A DNA stretch of 64,000 bases from Anaerolineales bacterium (lineage in GTDB: Bacteria; Chloroflexota; Anaerolineae; Anaerolineales; Villigracilaceae): assembly GCA_020060235.1 (NCBI GenBank), contig JAGVAO010000067.1, forward strand, positions 1,257 to 65,256. Reading direction: 5' to 3'. Shown in pieces: positions 61,199-64,000 of this stretch (positions within the stretch are counted from its first letter, which is position 1; each line of letters starts with the position of its first letter). A program made the translations under genes and the position numbers. The notes under the pieces are model-generated. The model was not told where the DNA came from, did not search any database, and saw nothing but the letters and a program-made list of their open reading frames with translations.

Positions 61199-63250
61199 TT
61201 AACCCGGGTTGCAGCCCAACTCCTCCAGCCATTCGGCGGGCAGGGGTTGCCGCTGGCTGGCGCGCTCCCAGGCGGCGCAAAACGTTTTTCGCAGGAAGGG
61301 ACGTTCAGAGACGGCCTGCTTCGTGCGCATAGCCGCTTTTTGTGTGTCGCCGTTTGTTGCGCCCGCTTCAACGAAGGGCAGCCATTCGAGCGGGTCGGAT
61401 GGAGAATAGCCGAATGCGGCAGCCTCGGTATCGAGACGGGCGATTTCGTCCCATTGTTGGAATTGGCGGGCCAGCTCGGCGCGAGCATAGTAGTAGCACC
61501 ATCCGCGCGAGGGTTCGGGGCCGAAAACGGACTCGGCAACGGACTCTGTCACGGAATCACGGATGGAAGCAGACTTGGTAATTAAATCCAGGCTTGAGAG
61601 GGCAATGGCCTGACGCATGCGCTCGGACAGGTTGGGGTAGGCGTCTTCGTCGCCGGGGGAGAGGATGCGCACGCAGCCACGCAGGGGGGCCAGGAAGGCG
61701 ATGGATTGGGATGTGTTGCCGCTGAAATGGGCCGGGCGGTAGGGAAATTCGATGGGGGTATCCGGGTCGAGGGCCAGGCGGCGGGGGCGCATGTCGACGC
61801 CGAAGACGAGGTAGGGAATTTGATGCGAATCCAGGTCGGGGGCATACATCCAGTTCAGCGGGGCGGTCAGGATGTAGTCGGTTTCGTAGTCGATTTCGAC
61901 GGTGTCAGTAAACAGGACGGTCCCCGGTTGGATGGCGGGCATGCGCCAGGTGAATTGCCAGTAAATGTCGCGCTGGCGGTCCCAGTCGCGGCGAAAGATG
62001 TTGGCGTTGTAGAACTGCTGTCCGACGCCGAGGGCGACGATGAGGCTGGCGAGTATCAACCGCCAGCGTCCGTTTCGGGCGACCAGTTCGATTATCCCAA
62101 CGGCGAACAGGCTGGCGGCCAGCATCAGCGAGACGTTGAATCGGTCGTTGCTGGATTGCAGGGTGAGCGGCAGGCCGGCGGCCCAGGAGGGGATGCGTCC
62201 GAGGATGATGCCGATGATGCCGATGAGGAGTAGGTCAACGGATGGGGGAGCGGATGCGCGGAGGTTATCAACGGATGGAATCGGATGCGCGGATGGGGGG
62301 GCGGACTCTGTAAAAGTTGGCAGGCGGCTGAGGTAGAAGGTCAGGGCGGCGAAGGTGACGGCGATGAGCGCGAGGGTGAGCAAGCCCGAGGGGGTGGGGA
62401 GGGCTTCGGTAACGAGAGACAGGATTTGGGCGTAGGCAACGAATCCCGCTTTGTAGACGGCTTCGGCGGCGGTGGCGAAAAAGCCATTTAAAAGGTTGGA
62501 GGCCGGGGCTTCGACATCCAGCGCAACGTCATAATTTGCGTACAGGCCGGAGCGGTAGTAGAAAAACAGCCAGGCGGCGTTGAGCGACCAGACCAGGATG
62601 TAAGGAATCCACAGTTTAAGGGCCTGCCATGCGCGGGGCAGGAGGGGCTGCGCGGCCAGCATGGAGAACAGAAATAGGAAGCGCAGGGGTTCGATGGTCA
62701 GGAAGTATTCGGTCGGGAAGACACCCAGAACGAGAAGCAGCAGCGCAATGACGGTGCGCGGACGAAAACGGGCCGGGCTATGGAAGGCCCAGCCGGTTGC
62801 GCCAAAGGACAGGATGTAGAACAGCAGGGGAATGAGTTCCTGGTTGATGTGGGTGAAGGCGACCCAATGTTGCGAGTAGCCGGGATAGACCAGAAAGATG
62901 AGCGCGGCGGTCAGGGTCTGGCGCGGGCGGTCAGGCCAAATGCTGCGCAAGGCCCACCAGACCGAAAGGGTGAGCGCGAAGCGGATGAAAAGGGCGAAGG
63001 TTTGCCAGGCGAGCGGGGTTTCGGGCAGCAGGCTGGTGGTGAATTGGAAAATGGGGCCAAGGAAGGGACGCACGCGCAGGAAGGAACGCAGGAAACTCTC
63101 AGGGCCGAAAAAGTGCGCGCCCCAGGCGAAGGGCCAGTCGTCCCAGTAGAAGCCGGTACGGGTGAGTAGCAGTCCGTAGCCGAGAACGACCAGGACGGCA
63201 AAGGCAAGCGGAATTGTTTTGGGCGAGAATTGGAATCGGTTTTGCGGCAT
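61199..63250 (-). CDS. large polytopic membrane protein, possible GT-C-fold glycosyltransferase
   Basis: 683 aa with about 12 TM helices, an acidic first-loop motif (FYWDDWPFAW), and a soluble C-terminal domain. The family assignment is tentative. Confidence 0.4.
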   Translation of the reverse strand: MPQNRFQFSPKTIPLAFAVLVVLGYGLLLTRTGFYWDDWPFAWGAHFFGPESFLRSFLRVRPFLGPIFQFTTSLLPETPLAWQTFALFIRFALTLSVWWALRSIWPDRPRQTLTAALIFLVYPGYSQHWVAFTHINQELIPLLFYILSFGATGWAFHSPARFRPRTVIALLLLVLGVFPTEYFLTIEPLRFLFLFSMLAAQPLLPRAWQALKLWIPYILVWSLNAAWLFFYYRSGLYANYDVALDVEAPASNLLNGFFATAAEAVYKAGFVAYAQILSLVTEALPTPSGLLTLALIAVTFAALTFYLSRLPTFTESAPPSAHPIPSVDNLRASAPPSVDLLLIGIIGIILGRIPSWAAGLPLTLQSSNDRFNVSLMLAASLFAVGIIELVARNGRWRLILASLIVALGVGQQFYNANIFRRDWDRQRDIYWQFTWRMPAIQPGTVLFTDTVEIDYETDYILTAPLNWMYAPDLDSHQIPYLVFGVDMRPRRLALDPDTPIEFPYRPAHFSGNTSQSIAFLAPLRGCVRILSPGDEDAYPNLSERMRQAIALSSLDLITKSASIRDSVTESVAESVFGPEPSRGWCYYYARAELARQFQQWDEIARLDTEAAAFGYSPSDPLEWLPFVEAGATNGDTQKAAMRTKQAVSERPFLRKTFCAAWERASQRQPLPAEWLEELGCNPG
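62234..62308 (+). repeat. 'caacggatg / gcggatgcgcgga' repeat block, family C copy 2 (in-frame in the membrane protein)
   Basis: 'gtcaacggatgggggagcggatgcgcggaggttatcaacggatggaatcggatgcgcggatggggg' encodes PPSAHPIPSVDNLRASAPPSVD. Confidence 0.8.
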
Positions 63251-63253
63251 GGG

Positions 63254-64000
63254 TTATTCGACCGGGTAGTAGCACAACCCGGCGGTTCCCGGCCCGGTAT
63301 GGACAGCCAGGGCGGGTGAGAGTTCGGCGATGAAGGATTCGACGACTTCGACTTTTTCTTCGACCAGTTGGCGGATTTTTTGGGCTTCGTCCTGTGCCCC
63401 GGCGTGGACATAGGCGACTTTGGCGCGTCCCTGGCCGACAACATCGGAGACCATGTCGGCCATTTGCTGGTAAGCACCCAGGCGCGAGCGCGCTTGTCCG
63501 AGTGCAACGATGACGCCGTCTTTCATGCCGATGAGCGGTTTGATGTTGAGCAGGCCGCCGACCAGTCGTTTGGCGAGTCCGATGCGCCCGCCCATGTAGA
63601 GATATTTGAGCGTATCGGCGGTTTGCACCATGCGGGTGACGGGAATCATGGCGGCAACCTGGCTGCGGATGGATTCCAGGTTTGCCCCGTCAAGGGCGGC
63701 GCGGGCGGCTTCCAGGGCTATCCAGCCCTGGCAAAGGGAAACGTTTTGGGTATCGACGACCTCGATTTTGATTTCGGGGTTGCTATCTGCCAGCATGGAT
63801 TGGGCAACAGTGGCTGCCTGGTATGCCCCGCTGCCGCGCGAGGTCATGTGAACGCTGATGATTTCGCGAACTCCTTTTTCGACCAGGCTGCGGTACATCT
63901 CGAAGTAATCGCCGGGGCCGGGGCTGGCCGTTGTCGGCAGGCTGGTGGCGGTCGGCAGCCAGGAGATGAATTCGTCGCGCTTGATGGTGACCAGGTCGCG
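63254..64000 (-). CDS. DegV family protein (N-terminus lies outside the window)
   Basis: DegV-like sequence ...IISVHMTSRGSGAYQAA...YLYMGGRIG.... The reading frame stays open upstream of the track's start through to base 64000. Confidence 0.8.
   Translation of the reverse strand, partial: RDLVTIKRDEFISWLPTATSLPTTASPGPGDYFEMYRSLVEKGVREIISVHMTSRGSGAYQAATVAQSMLADSNPEIKIEVVDTQNVSLCQGWIALEAARAALDGANLESIRSQVAAMIPVTRMVQTADTLKYLYMGGRIGLAKRLVGGLLNIKPLIGMKDGVIVALGQARSRLGAYQQMADMVSDVVGQGRAKVAYVHAGAQDEAQKIRQLVEEKVEVVESFIAELSPALAVHTGPGTAGLCYYPVE

Noticed and set aside
1-64000. Search for tRNA, rRNA, transposase, integrase, toxin-antitoxin or recognisable phage-defence genes
   Set aside because: I could not recognise any of these in a spacer or ORF. 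The accessory character of this window comes from signalling and light-response operons and from short repeats, not from classical mobile elements.

Overview
This is a densely coding, fairly GC-rich bacterial chromosomal segment (about 55-60% GC by eye). One clearly AT-richer islet lies at about 18.9-22.5 kb. The gene content (an 11-GAF giant histidine kinase, LysM/TPR/LCP envelope proteins, fused-type lycopene cyclase, CarH-like regulator) suggests a Chloroflexota (Anaerolineae-like) genome, but that is inference only. I call about 50 CDS. I recognised no rRNA, tRNA, CRISPR array, transposase or integrase.

Four things stand out:
1. An 11-gene, roughly 14.8-kb plus-strand operon (3.9-18.8 kb). 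It combines a conservon-type small GTPase, a DUF4388/PATAN protein, a V4R ligand-binding protein, an acyl-ACP-reductase-like enzyme, a hexapeptide-repeat protein and two paralogous alpha/beta hydrolases (one lacking its nucleophile). It also carries a REC-GGDEF-like regulator with a degenerate 'GGDNF' motif, a 2481-aa kinase with 11 GAF domains, and a CheY-like receiver. This is my best candidate for an undescribed make-and-sense signalling system.
2. A 12-gene, tightly packed minus-strand array (43.6-55.6 kb): crtI, a CarH-like B12 photoreceptor/repressor, DegV, a small membrane protein, a peroxiredoxin-like gene, MFS, a DICT-adenylate cyclase, a DICT protein, photolyase, GNAT, P450 and lycopene cyclase. 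It is divergent from crtB across a mirror-symmetric double promoter/operator.
3. The peroxiredoxin-like gene in that array looks broken, but its in-frame TGA sits exactly at the first Cys of the CxxC motif and is followed by a SECIS-like hairpin. It is therefore a probable selenoprotein.
4. Several families of short palindromic or tandem DNA repeats recur in this window. They occur in intergenic DNA and also in-frame inside unrelated genes (xanthine-dehydrogenase-family subunit, GNAT, P450, photolyase, a large membrane protein). This resembles Rickettsia palindromic elements.

The rest is housekeeping or accessory: coaD (partial), pabB-pabC fusion, thrC, rsmA, two ABC exporter halves split by a secreted putative cysteine peptidase, a flotillin-like protein, GT2, LMW-PTP and others.
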